DNA of 64,000 nt from Octopus bimaculoides (Eukaryota): NCBI RefSeq assembly GCF_001194135.2, contig NC_068997.1:9005244-9069243 (forward strand). Reading direction: 5' to 3'. The notes under the pieces were generated by a model. The model made no database searches. It was not told the origin of the DNA and saw nothing but the letters and a program-made list of their open reading frames with translations. The position numbers and the translations under genes were made by a program. Below, piece by piece: positions 51,078-61,889 of this stretch (its first letter is position 1; each line of letters starts with the position of its first letter).

Positions 51078-51988
51078 TTCAACTATTTCTTCAACCATCT
51101 TTCTCTCACCGTGTACAATAAAGAAAATTACATCAAAAATTAAAAATCAAAGAAAGTTTTCATGAATCTGTCTGCTGCAGATTTCATAGGGGTCCCGCCA
51201 GATATAAATGATGTGCTGTAAAAGGGCAACATGGCTTTAACCCTTTAACATTCAGCTTACTTATTCATAATGTTTCAAATTAATCATGTACAATCTCATA
51301 GCTTCAAGATTTCAATGATGTGATTGCTTTTTAGAATGACATAGTAGGGTAGGTGTGAGAGGCTGGATCTGTTGAGTTTGAACATAAGACAGGCAGAATA
51401 TTTTGGTCAGATATGGCTGGTTTAAATGCTAAAGTGTTAAGTAAACTATGGGAATTCTTCTTTCTATTTAAATATCTATGTTTCAGTTTACTTGACATGG
51501 GAACAGAATATTGCTGTTATGCATCTGATATCACTTGCTCTTATCCAGTAAATGGCAAATTCACTGAAAAACAGAAGATCATCTACGAAGCAGTATTGAA
51601 GGCTTCTATAGCTGTTTTTGCAGCAATGAAACCAGGTAAGTTGTACTGGCTTCATCAATAAGGTCATTTATCTTTTATCTTGTTTCAGTCATTGGACTGT
51701 GGCCATGCTGGAGCACTACCTTCAAGCAAATTAAACCCAGGACTTATTCTTAAGTTTGGTGTTTATTCTAGCAACCTCTTTTGCCAAACCACTACCTTAC
51801 AGGGATGTAAGCAAAACAACATCAGTTGTCAAGTAACAGTGGGACATAAACAAATGCAGGTTGTCAAGTGTAAATGTCCAGTTTTTTCCGTAACTGGGGT
51901 GGGAAAGAATGCCTGGCACCCAGGTAAATCTGCAGTCACTTCCCAATAGTCGTTCCACTTTTCATCTCTCACAGGAAGTTTCTGTATG

Positions 51989-52019
<31 letters not shown>

Positions 52020-52181
52020 TTTTTTCTCCGTGTTTTTCTCCTTGTCTCCGTATTCTTTCTGTTGAAGAGCGTAGCTCGAAACGTCAAAGACTTTCCGTAT
52101 TCCCGAGCGTCATACTAATACATCCTTTTGTTATTTACACCACCTGTCCTCGTCTGTTGTTGTTTTTTCGTATATTCTCCC

Positions 52182-52212
<31 letters not shown>

Positions 52213-54567
52213 ATCATCATCATTTAATATCCACCTCTTGCACATTCTGTATACCAAATTCAGTCATTTCTCTCCATTTGCATGAGTGATTAAATGTTTG
52301 ACTTGTACTTTCTTCAATAGCTGTCTCCTGGGTGGACATGCATAAGCTTGCTGAAAGAATTCAATTGGAGGAGCTAAAAGAAGCTGGTTTGCTTCAAGGA
52401 GATGTTGAAGAAATGATGAAAGTTCGTCTGGGTGCTATATTTATGCCTCATGGTCTTGGACATTTCATGGGAATTGATACTCATGATGTTGGTGGCTATA
52501 ATGCAGTATGTTACTCTTGATATTATTATTATTATTATTGTTATTGTTGTTGCTGTTGTTGTTAAGATGGTGAGCTGGCAGAATCATTAGCACACTGAAC
52601 GAAATGCTTAAATAGGCCAGTTGTGCTGCACTAGCATAGGCCATGATTATGGTCTCACTCGGTCATGTACCAAAATTTGAAACAATTAAAGGCAGCAAAG
52701 TGGCAGAATTGCATGATTTCTTCCTGGTTCATTATATTCTGAGTTGAAATCCAATCAAGGTTAACTATGCTTTCATCCTTTTAAGGTTCATAAAATAAAA
52801 GTACCAGTCGAGTACTGGGGTTGATCTAATTGACCAACCTTCTATCCTTAGAATCATTGGCCTTGTGCCAAAATTTGAAGCAGTTATTAGTTTGTTTTTC
52901 AGTTTTTGTGTATTTGACGTGAAATGCCAATAAATTCATAGAATTATTGTTTTTCATCTTTTAATTTCAAAGACAAATCATAATTAATAGAATATTCTTT
53001 TTTTTCCTTTCTAATTAATAAATATGTTTGAGCAGCAAGTCAAAAATGGTAAATTTGTTATTAGAAATGGTAATATCCAATCTAAACATGCAGCTGTATG
53101 TGTAGGGTGATGGGTTATGGCCTGATGTGTGAAACTTTGTCAGTTTGTGTTCTTTCATTAGTGCTACGAAGCCGTAAGCTAGCAAGCAGGAAATAAATAC
53201 CACGAGGAAATAATTTTCACTTGTATAATAGATGAGCATTTTGTCAGCTTGCAATGCTGGAACACAAAGCCATGCCTTTTGAAGCTTGACCAAATTTAGA
53301 GATGGACAAGATCTAAAAAGATGACTTTCTTTTTGGAATTTAATTAAAGGAAGAAAGCAGAGTTTATAACTGTTAGAGGTCCTCCAGATTGATTGAACCA
53401 GTTTATGTTCTGCTTGAACTTGTGCAAAATGTTTGTAAAGAAAACATAGGCAGAGGCATGTATGGAAAGCAAGTGCAGAGGTTCCAGTTCTGAGAGGAAG
53501 AGGTTGGGTAAAACATTTAAGACAGTAGAAATGATGAAAGCAGGAAAGAGATGGGTGTACCATGTCATCTTGGGCTCAGAAGGATTGGAACTGTTAGAGG
53601 CGTAGTAGTTTAGTGAAACTATAGTCATAGCAGAGGAACAATAAATCTGTGAAGCAAGTAGTTGCAACAAGTTTATGAGCGAACATTTTTTGTTTAAGTT
53701 GATGAAATTTCTTTTGTATGTCACCTAGAAAGTTTTATTGTTGTTTTCAATAGGTAGACTATGAGTGTTAGTATAAAATAAACAAAAATCAAGCTATTGC
53801 TTTGTAGAAGGCCAGGGAGGTGTTGAAATCACATGTCACAAAGATAAAATTTTGTGTAATGCTATTAAAACACTCCTAATCAAACCCAAAACTATGTGAC
53901 TGGGGTAAGCAGTAGTTTATAATAATATCCAAAAAAGGTTTGTCAACCCACCTCATGGTCTCGGCTGACAAGATGGAAAAGATATTGTTCTGGAGGGTGG
54001 TGACAATAATATATTTCATCTGGATTTAATTTGAATGACCCAAAAGATTTTTTTGTCCTGTTTTGTTTTGTATGTTTGTTTCTTAATATGTTTCTTATTT
54101 GTTTACTACTGTTTTTTAACCAAGGGTGGAGAAAGATCAACTGAACCAGGGTTGCGTTCTCTTCGAACTAATCGTATTCTACAACCACGAATGGTTCTGA
54201 CAATTGAGCCAGGAATATATTTTAACAATGTTGTGAGTATAATTTTAGTGATGGCACCATTAATTTCATAACATCCACATATGAGATTCCTTTAAATTAT
54301 AGCATCTTGTTCATTTATGCAGTTTTATTTCTTTACTTTTATTCTTTTATCTTTGACTCATTTCACTTGGGTTTTCATTCCTAAGGTATTTTTCGATGTT
54401 GTTGTTGTTATTAATATTATTATTATTAGCCTGGAATCGAACTTGGAATCTTGGGGTTAGTAGGCCACGCTCTTAACCACTACACCATATGCCTGTGGGC
54501 ATATGGTGTAGTAGTTAAAAGCGCAGGCTACTAACCCCAAGATTCCAAGTTAAATTCCAGGCAGTGA

Positions 54568-54608
<41 letters not shown>

Positions 54609-57195
54609 TAGAAAAATACTTTAGGAATGAGAACCCAGTTTCGAAATTTCCCCAAGACGCCTGATGAAGGCTGGAGGGTATATCAGTCGAAACGTGTTAA
54701 CAACAAACAAGATGAGGACAAATATCCATCAAATGTAAATAATGTACATAATTCCTCATCTCTTAAATATAGAACTGTATTATTTAAAATCACCGTTTGT
54801 TTTTTGTTTGTTTATTTTTCTTTTACTTGTTTCAGTCAATTAGACTGGCCATGTTAAGGTAACACCTTGAAGGATTTTTAGTCAAATGAATCAACCCTAG
54901 TGCTTATCTCTTTTAAAGCCTGGTACATATTTGTTGGTCTTTTTTGCTGAACCACTAAGTTATGAGGATGTAAACATACCAACACCAGTTGTCAAGCAAG
55001 TGTTGGAGGAATAATCACAACCACACACATATATATGTGAAAGAAGCCCATCATATATATGTCTATCTGTCTATATATATATACGGCAAATGAAAGACAG
55101 AAGATGAAATATACAAGAATTTATTATTAATCACAACAATTGTTTCAACACATCTAGCATTTATTCCTCATGGATGGGACACACAACAACTGGTTCAGGA
55201 TCATCGGGCAGTGCAGATGTATCTTGTCAAGTGATAAATAAATGCAAATCGTCAAAATAACAGTTCCACTATGTAACTTCCCATTTTGTAGAAAGAAAAG
55301 CAGCCAGATGGAGGAAATATCTTCGCTTATAAAGAAGATAAAATAGAATCACAGATGGCAAAAAGAGAATTGAACACGCAATCCAACGAGATGAGCTTGT
55401 TTCAGTTTCCATCTCCCAAATCCATTAACAAAACTTTGATCAGTTCAAGACTCCAAGACTATAGTAGAAGACACTTGCCCAAGGTGCCATGCTGTGGGAC
55501 TGAACCAGGAATTATGGTTTGGTTTGAAGGAAGATGTGCTTATAGTCTTTCCAGGACCTTCCAAGATTGGTGAAATTAATACAGTCCTTTTATGGTTTTC
55601 ACTGTTGTTAATCAGTCTATATTTTGCTAACTTACTTGCATTGTGTATTCATTTGTTGTGTCTCTCATTTTTCTACTTTTTAGCTTCTTGATGCTGCTCT
55701 TGCTGACCCAAACCAAGCTAAGTTTCTGGTTGCATCTGTCATAGATGAATATCGTAACAGTGGTGGAGTATGTTATCTAAATATATTTTTTTAAAATTTC
55801 ATCTCTAATGATTTTGACATCTTTTTGCTAAGCTAGCAAAAGTTAGATAAATTTGGAAACTGAGAAAAATTTGGAAAATACGTTTTGTCTGTTTGAGAAG
55901 TGAAATGGTTAAGTGAAATGGTTAAGTAGATAAAATGTTGGGCATAAAATGTTGGGCACATCCATTGTTGGTGTTTTGCATGTGTTTTGGATGAAGCCAA
56001 GCCACTTACTTTGATGCACCTAAGTTTATATATAGTTTTTTGAATAGTTACAACAGATTAGCATTCTGTTTGTGTGTGTGTATGTGTGTGAGAGAGAGAG
56101 AGAGAGAGTTGTTTCTTTCTTCTCTGTTCAATGAAAATGAGATCAAAATTAATCCATGACCCTTTGAACTACTGGTACTTAAGAAAAGGTTATTTTGTGA
56201 AATGTTGGAATCTGCTTTTAAAACAACTAACCATTCCAGAGAAGATTGTTATCCATTACTTTATGTACAATCATTCAGAAAAACAACTTTGGTTCTTGGC
56301 TCCACACAAGGCCAAATATTTATCCACCTGTGAATGATGAACATGCAGGATATCAATTAAAGAGAAACTTAACACTTCACAAGTGCCTTTAGTCGTGAAA
56401 TTGTTAAGGCACCACTAAGACTTTATCTTTATCTTTTAGTCTTTCTAGAATAAGTCAACCTAGCAGAGCCATAGTTATGGTAGAATTTCAAAAGCTTAAT
56501 GATGCAACCTAGAGGAAAACTCTTTAATTACATAACACTTCTGCTATTCACAGCAGTGAGCTATTCCTGCTATGTGGTAACTATTTATAAGTATTTTTGC
56601 ATTGACCCATTTGAAAGGCATCTTGGCCAGTAACTTAACACTGTTCCCATCAACCATCTCAGAAGTCTACAAAGGTGCTTCTTGAGGTTACTTGAATTGC
56701 TAGAAATAACTAAAATTTCTCTCAAATTGCACTGTAATGTCTTAAAAGAAAGGAAAGACACCTTAAACAATCTTGTCCTAGATATATTATGTCTGAATAA
56801 AAGACAGGATGATTACAGCAGGATCACCTTCGATAATAAATCTGCTGGTTTGTAGATAATCTGGAGCTAAACATGAAGCATGAAGATACCTTAACAATTT
56901 AGAGGCTTGATGCATCTCTCTCTCTCTCTCAGTATGAAATACCAAATATATGTCAGCATGGAAAGCGGATGTTAAACAATGATGATAAATTACACTTCCT
57001 TGTTTTTCTTACCCCCAACAGGTGAGAATTGAAGATGATGTGATTGTGACCGATGATGGTGTTGAAATGATGACCAACGTTCCAAGAACTGTGGAGGAAA
57101 TTGAAAATTTCTTCAGAAGTAGACCAGAACCAACACTTCCTCTGCCTTCAGAAATCCCATGTATTCATGAGAAGCAATGTGTGGCACAGAAATAG
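29446..57195 (+). CDS. PEPD: Xaa-Pro dipeptidase (prolidase, M24B family), complete, 16 exons, 1518 nt, 505 aa
   Basis: Spliced ORF colinear with human prolidase. Metal ligands present in LLDMG, ASDIT, LGHF, TIEPG and RIEDD. Exon sizes 17/184/128/64/48/62/45/76/47/69/78/149/185/108/84/174, all GT-AG. Confidence 0.97.
30023..30750 (+). mobile_element. Tol2-like hAT transposon, left end + BED-finger and dimerisation-proximal transposase fragment
   Basis: Left end CAATGATGGAC..TTCCGC..GCTAATTAG with GCTAA/TTAGC subterminal repeats. ORF from ATG 30340 reads ..[24 protein letters not shown] [gap] [27 protein letters not shown], matching recalled Tol2 HPWPYLREFF..CVLCLP and LHPFSTVDLPSFKELISTLQP. 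Confidence 0.85.
30829..32070. mobile_element. Foldback/MITE element with long segmented TIRs and 8-bp TSD, in PEPD intron 1
   Basis: GGTAATCTTCAAGTTTAGGGGGATAAAA.. / ..TTTTATCCCCCTAAACTTGAAGATTACC. Inner inverted blocks TGGGATCTATTTTAAAACGGGGGCGCCAGT and AATCACTGACGTCTATT. TSD TAATTATT at 30821-30828 and 32071-32078. Confidence 0.9.
32299..32482 (+). CDS. PEPD: PEPD exon 2
   Basis: [61 protein letters not shown]. Confidence 0.96.
33043..33339 (-). mobile_element. Penelope-like element GIY-YIG endonuclease remnant in PEPD intron 2
   Basis: IIYEAEV...[22 protein letters not shown]...[37 protein letters not shown] matches the PLE GIY-YIG pattern. Confidence 0.85.
34636..34763 (+). CDS. PEPD: PEPD exon 3
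   Basis: [42 protein letters not shown](K). Confidence 0.96.
34945..35008 (+). CDS. PEPD: PEPD exon 4
   Basis: (K)[21 protein letters not shown]. Confidence 0.95.
36284..36331 (+). CDS. PEPD: PEPD exon 5
   Basis: [16 protein letters not shown]. Confidence 0.93.
36970..37031 (+). CDS. PEPD: PEPD exon 6
   Basis: [20 protein letters not shown](K). Confidence 0.95.
37890..37934 (+). CDS. PEPD: PEPD exon 7
   Basis: (K)[14 protein letters not shown](C). Confidence 0.95.
38176..38251 (+). CDS. PEPD: PEPD exon 8
   Basis: (C)[25 protein letters not shown]. Confidence 0.96.
39329..39375 (+). CDS. PEPD: PEPD exon 9
   Basis: [15 protein letters not shown](S). Confidence 0.95.
40392..41520. repeat. 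(TTG)n/(TTA)n microsatellite flanking an assembly gap
   Basis: Long TAT runs on both sides of N 40523-41445. Confidence 0.95.
43296..43364 (+). CDS. PEPD: PEPD exon 10
   Basis: (S)[22 protein letters not shown](S). Confidence 0.96.
44426..44503 (+). CDS. PEPD: PEPD exon 11
   Basis: (S)[25 protein letters not shown](C). Confidence 0.97.
44890..46220 (+). mobile_element. Internally deleted RTE LINE with 3'UTR and (GAT)n tail (spans N gap)
   Basis: [34 protein letters not shown] joined to [31 protein letters not shown]; tail ..CATGGAAAGCGGACG(TATGA)TGATGAT. Confidence 0.85.
46629..46985. mobile_element. hAT-type MITE (357 bp) with 8-bp TSD
   Basis: TIRs TAGAGGTTCTC / AAGAACCCCTG; TSD CTTTAGCC at 46621-46628 and 46986-46993. 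Confidence 0.88.
48760..49510 (+). mobile_element. Degenerate LINE reverse-transcriptase C-terminal remnant (RTE-like)
   Basis: [32 protein letters not shown] and ..[27 protein letters not shown].. in shifting frames. Confidence 0.75.
51011..51071. repeat. (CT)n microsatellite at gap edge
   Basis: Direct reading. Confidence 0.95.
51487..51635 (+). CDS. PEPD: PEPD exon 12
   Basis: (C)[49 protein letters not shown]. Confidence 0.97.
52020..52180 (+). mobile_element. Short Penelope-like terminal-repeat fragment carrying the hammerhead motif, flanked by (TA)n
   Basis: Second copy of the 6915-7125 family, embedded between two (TA)n runs. Confidence 0.55.
52054..52090 (+). ncRNA. Minimal type-I hammerhead ribozyme-like motif (variant core CUGUUGA) in PEPD intron 12
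   Basis: UCUUU CUGUUGA A GAGC-GUA-GCUC GAAAC GUC AAAGA: 5-bp stem I, 4-bp stem II, palindromic ACGU in place of stem III, GUC triplet. Confidence 0.7.
52321..52505 (+). CDS. PEPD: PEPD exon 13
   Basis: (A)[61 protein letters not shown]. Confidence 0.97.
53370..53690 (-). mobile_element. Degenerate CR1/L2-type LINE 3' end
   Basis: SLLQLL..YCSSAM...[18 protein letters not shown] resembles the L2/CR1 RT C-terminal tail. Confidence 0.5.
54125..54232 (+). CDS. PEPD: PEPD exon 14
   Basis: [36 protein letters not shown]. Confidence 0.96.
54368..54780 (+). mobile_element. Composite element: tRNA-like Pol III head + (AAT)n + hammerhead-bearing tail, with inverted 5' duplication
   Basis: Arms 54368-54493 and 54498-54637 are reverse complements. 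The head carries an A-box (TGGTGTAGTGG) and B-box (GTTCGATTCC) in the left-arm copy. Confidence 0.6.
54656..54698 (+). ncRNA. Degenerate hammerhead-like core in PEPD intron 14
   Basis: GACGC CUGAUGA A GGCUG-10nt-CAGUC GAAAC GUGUU: canonical core, stem II and a stem-I complement, but no free NUH triplet. Confidence 0.45.
55684..55767 (+). CDS. PEPD: PEPD exon 15
   Basis: [28 protein letters not shown]. Confidence 0.95.
57022..57195 (+). CDS. PEPD: PEPD exon 16 (terminal, TAG stop)
   Basis: [57 protein letters not shown]. Confidence 0.96.
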   Translation: MRIEDDVIVTDDGVEMMTNVPRTVEEIENFFRSRPEPTLPLPSEIPCIHEKQCVAQK

Positions 57196-57279
57196 AAAAT
57201 GCATCATTCTTTTGATTTTCATTGTTCAATGAAAGAATTTCTTTATATCTTGATTATAGTTTACATTGTATATTTTTGA

Positions 57280-57428
57280 TACATACACACACAGAGGCAC
57301 ATACACATACATACACACACACACAAACACACACATATATACATATATATATATCTATACACACATGCATGTCTATGTGTTTATGTGTATACATATATAT
57401 GTATATATACATATGCATGTATATATGT

Positions 57429-57471
<43 letters not shown>

Positions 57472-57530
57472 TATGTATATATTATATGTTTGTGTGTGTG
57501 TATGTAAATATATGTGTGTGTGTGTGTGCA
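57280..57530. repeat. Compound (CA)n/(TA)n/(TG)n microsatellite in PEPD 3'UTR region
   Basis: Direct reading. Confidence 0.9.
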
Positions 57531-58476
57531 AAACAATCTTTTTTTATTACCTTTATTTTTTTAATTTCCCATGAGTTTTATTTTGTTAATCTGCATTGGC
57601 CCACATCCTACACGCATGCACATCTACCAACACTTTAAGTGATGGGCCTCACAGGTGCACTGTGTAAAACCTACCCCTATTTTTTTTAACCCACCCTTGA
57701 ATTTAGCACTACAGCTGCAACTGCTTCTTTTCACAACTTGTCAATCAACTCTTTACCACACCCACTTGGTAGGCCCACCTCTTGTCTCTTCTGTTTTCCC
57801 TTTCTTGAACCTGATACTTAAACACTTTTCTCTCAAAACACAGCACCAACCATATTAACCCCCTCCAAGCTATTTTCATCCCATCCCTCTCTGACTAAAG
57901 CTGCTGCCTATGGTGAACCTCAGGAATCATGCAAATCAAATACTAAAACAAAAAGCCTTTTTGAGGTTCTTTATTGAATATTTATAATTTATTGAAAATA
58001 AAAAAAAAAAGAAAGAAAAGAAAAATAATGCCTGGAGTAGATGAGAGGTAATTTAGTTGTTAAATAACGAAACCAGTTGATAGCCATAATGGTGTGCATT
58101 AATATAAGAGGAAATTAGTGATTAATAGTCGTCTGTTGACAATTAATGAATTTAAATAGTTAAAAAGAAATGTCAAAAGTTGGTTTGCCATGAGGAATTG
58201 GAAATATTTGATGATTGACACTATACACATACACAGCTAAATATTGTGAAAAAGTTCTGTAACAACATGAATTTTCATATTTACTTGAAAGAAAAAGGAA
58301 AAATATTAATTCTTTGATTATAATATTTGGTATTTTAAACACAGTATTTTTTTTCTTTTTGTCATTCCTATTAAATGAGAAATGGCTTTTGGTTTGTTCC
58401 ATACACAAACTTCAAAGACTCGTCTATGATTCTTTAGAGAAAAATTAAACCATATTGTTTAATATTGTTGCAGAAG

Positions 58477-58568
58477 AATAAATAAAATTGCCATTTATCA
58501 ATTTAATTCCTTTATCATATCTTCAAATATATTTTTGAATTACTGTATGATAATTGTGATAAAATAAA
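58477..58568 (+). terminator. Candidate PEPD polyadenylation signals
   Basis: AATAAA at 58477, 58481 and 58563; the last is followed ~40 nt later by a GT-rich tract. Another AATAAA occurs near 57997. Confidence 0.4.
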
Positions 58569-59730
58569 GTGCAAATATGTTTTCAATATTTTGTTAATGT
58601 TCTTAATGTGTGTTTGCGCACGCGCGCGCGCGCGTGTGTGTGTATGCATGCATGTGACCAGTGACGTATCACACATCCACTAGTCTGGTCGATATAGTGA
58701 TGTATGTGTATAAACACAGTGTATAGTGGAATCAAGTGTATTTTGTGTCATTTTTATAATGTTTTATATTCTAAGATCAAATCACATCTCATTGATTTGT
58801 TCTTCATTCCGTCAGAGGTTTAATGAATGATTTGCAGGGTCAGACATAGAATAAGTACCCCAATAGCAATAATTCAATTGAATAGAAGGGTATAAGGCAT
58901 AGAACTACCAATAAAGATAACTAAATCAACTGAAAATGTGTGGCTTTGTGCCACGTGCCATGATTAGAAATTTATATGCTAGTAAATTTGGGTCACAGCT
59001 ATTTTTGTAAATGTGCTTAATTAAATAATTGGAATGGTTTTTAAATGTTATATTAAGTGACTTTCTACTTTCTACTAACTTATCAAGTTATTACTAGTAG
59101 CTTTGGGTCATTAACTCTTTCGTTACCATATTTCTAGCATGGAAGACAGACGTTAAACGATGATGATGATGATTTCTGTTGAAATACTCTGCCTTTCTTT
59201 CAATTAATTTTGACAATATTAAGTTGGATTTGGAACATAAAATTAACATGAAATTTCGATGAAAGGTTTTAATTTAAAATGGAAAGATTGTATCATAGAA
59301 CTAAGGGTGGTTTTAGATGGGTTGGTATTTAAAGGGCTAACAACATAAATGTTGTTGGACTTGCAAACCACATGAAAGCCATACTAGTGCTGGAGCCATA
59401 AAAAAGTACCCTTAGGAAGGACATCCAGCTGTAGAAACCATACAAAAGCAGATGCTAGAGCATAATACACCCCCTTGGGCCAACTAGATCCTGGCATGGA
59501 GCATGGACATTAAATAGTGATGTTTAGCACCAAATCAACTTTAATTGGGCATACCTAAAAATGTTCAGCTGTGATTGTCATTTCTTGTTCGGTGGTTTGT
59601 TAGACAACATTCTCCAATCTGTCCTTTGCATACTTAGCTGGTAGAATATTATTTGAGGGAATTTTGCAACAATTAATACCCAGTTGTGCTGCTTCATAGA
59701 AATTTTTTCATTGACTCATGAAATACATTT

Positions 59731-59763
<33 letters not shown>

Positions 59764-61889
59764 CCTTTCTGAAATTTTCAGGAAGGAGACTAGTTGATTA
59801 TATTGATTTCAGTGTTTCACTGGTACATAATTTATCGACCCCAAAAGGATGAAAGGCAAAGTTGACCTTGACAGAATTTGAACTCAGAATGTAATGATGA
59901 GTGAATAAAGCCAAGCATTTCATCCAGCGTGCTAATGATTCTGCCAGCTTGCTGCCTTAATAATAATAATAATAATCCTTTCTACTATAGGCACCAGTCC
60001 TCAGTCAAACCGTCCAACCCATGCCAGCATGGAAAGCGGACATTAAACGATGATGATGATAAGAAAAAATGAAAGTTTCATGAAATGCAATACTTTGATG
60101 TGGAAGAAAATATTTTGATTTTCTTAAACGAATGGAGCAACAAAATGTTCCCCGAAATGAATGAAACAATGGAGATTAACAATATCCCATATGCTGTTGT
60201 ATAATATAGTTGATATAAATAATTGATTCCAAGAAGGGACAGAATGCTTATTTCATCATCATCATCATCATTCATCATCATCGTTTAACGTCCGCTTTCC
60301 ATGCTAGCATGAGTTGGACGATTTGACTGAGTACTGGTGAAACCAGATGGCTACACCAGGTTCCAATCTGATTTGGCAGAGTTTCTACGGCTGGATGCCC
60401 TTCCTAACGCCAACCACTCAGAGAGTGTGGTGGGTGCTTTTAGTCCATAGAAAACCAATCAGGTACCTCATTTACTTTCATTCAGCCCATTTAACCTTTT
60501 TGATGGCAACACCCTTGAGACAGCACTTGACTCAATGATACAAACTTCATGTGATCTAAATTAGAATCTTCCACCAAAATTTCATGTTAGTTTATGTTCT
60601 AAATATCGGATTAATAAAAGCGAATAGCAAACTTTGAAATTATACATATGAGAAAAAGGTGCTTACTGTTGCTTTATTATATGGGAGAAAATAAATATAA
60701 AACTGGCCAGTAACAATACAGAGGTCACAGAAATAATAGTAAAAAAGACACAATAAACAGTTTTTTTTTTTTTCCCATACAAACCAAATAAGTTCTTAGA
60801 AATCACGAGCAACTTTATAGAAATTAATTGAAATGCTTTAAGTTTGTGTATTTAACATGAGATGTGGCACCTCATTAAATACACAATGAGAATAATGTGC
60901 AAGCATAAAGCCTTGACTTTCATTCTGAAAAATATACTGCACAGCAGAATGAGCTGTTGTGAAATTATTTTCACCTACAAAACTGAAGTGACTGATTTGA
61001 AACAGGAAACAAATGTTAATGTATTTTGAATTAAAAGTAACTCTAATAATGCAAACATTACGTGTGTTTTGTTTATACACCAATTTACTGCAAGATAAAA
61101 TCTCTACATAACACCAAGTGTTAAAGAATGCTGAATGTCTTAGATTAGGCAAGACAACTTGCACTGAAGGTGAACAAGAATGACTCACTTGATCTCTTTA
61201 GGGTTGTATACTCAATGCACCTTGAAACAAAATGAGTTGCTGGCTAGAGACATATATACAAATAAGTCTGTTGATGTGTTAATATAATTTCCAAGAAATA
61301 TGTCTGATTCCTAAAAAGCACAAAAACACCAATGTTCCTTGGAAAATAAACTTTATTTAAAAAAAAAAGGATTTTCCACAAAGTCCTCATTATATTATAC
61401 AATTGCCCCCTTTCTTTCTAAATTCTCAAAATTTTGTTTACAGATAAAAAACAATATATTTTATTGACCCAATAAATAAAAAAAAATTGACACAAGAATA
61501 TTCATTTCAATTCCCAGTCTGAAGAAGACGAAAAAAAAAAAAGTTCATATGGATGGAAGGTCTTCTGTTGGTAGAATATGAACCATGCTACATATCAGCC
61601 CTGCCCTGATAAACACATTTTTTATACAATTGTTTCAAAAGACAATAAACAGCAGAAATTCAAATTGGAAGACAAATATATTTATTCTACACAAACAATT
61701 GCATTTTTCTTTTGTGTTTTTTTTCTTCAAGTTTTCTATTATGAGAAATGATTTTTAGTGATTTTTTTCCAAATTTCAACAATCAGGGATGACACCACGA
61801 GACAATTTACTTTAGTAGTGTCTGATTTCCTATTAAACCTCAGATTATCATCATCACACACAAAAATTAATGTGCTGGTCTTTTTCAGC

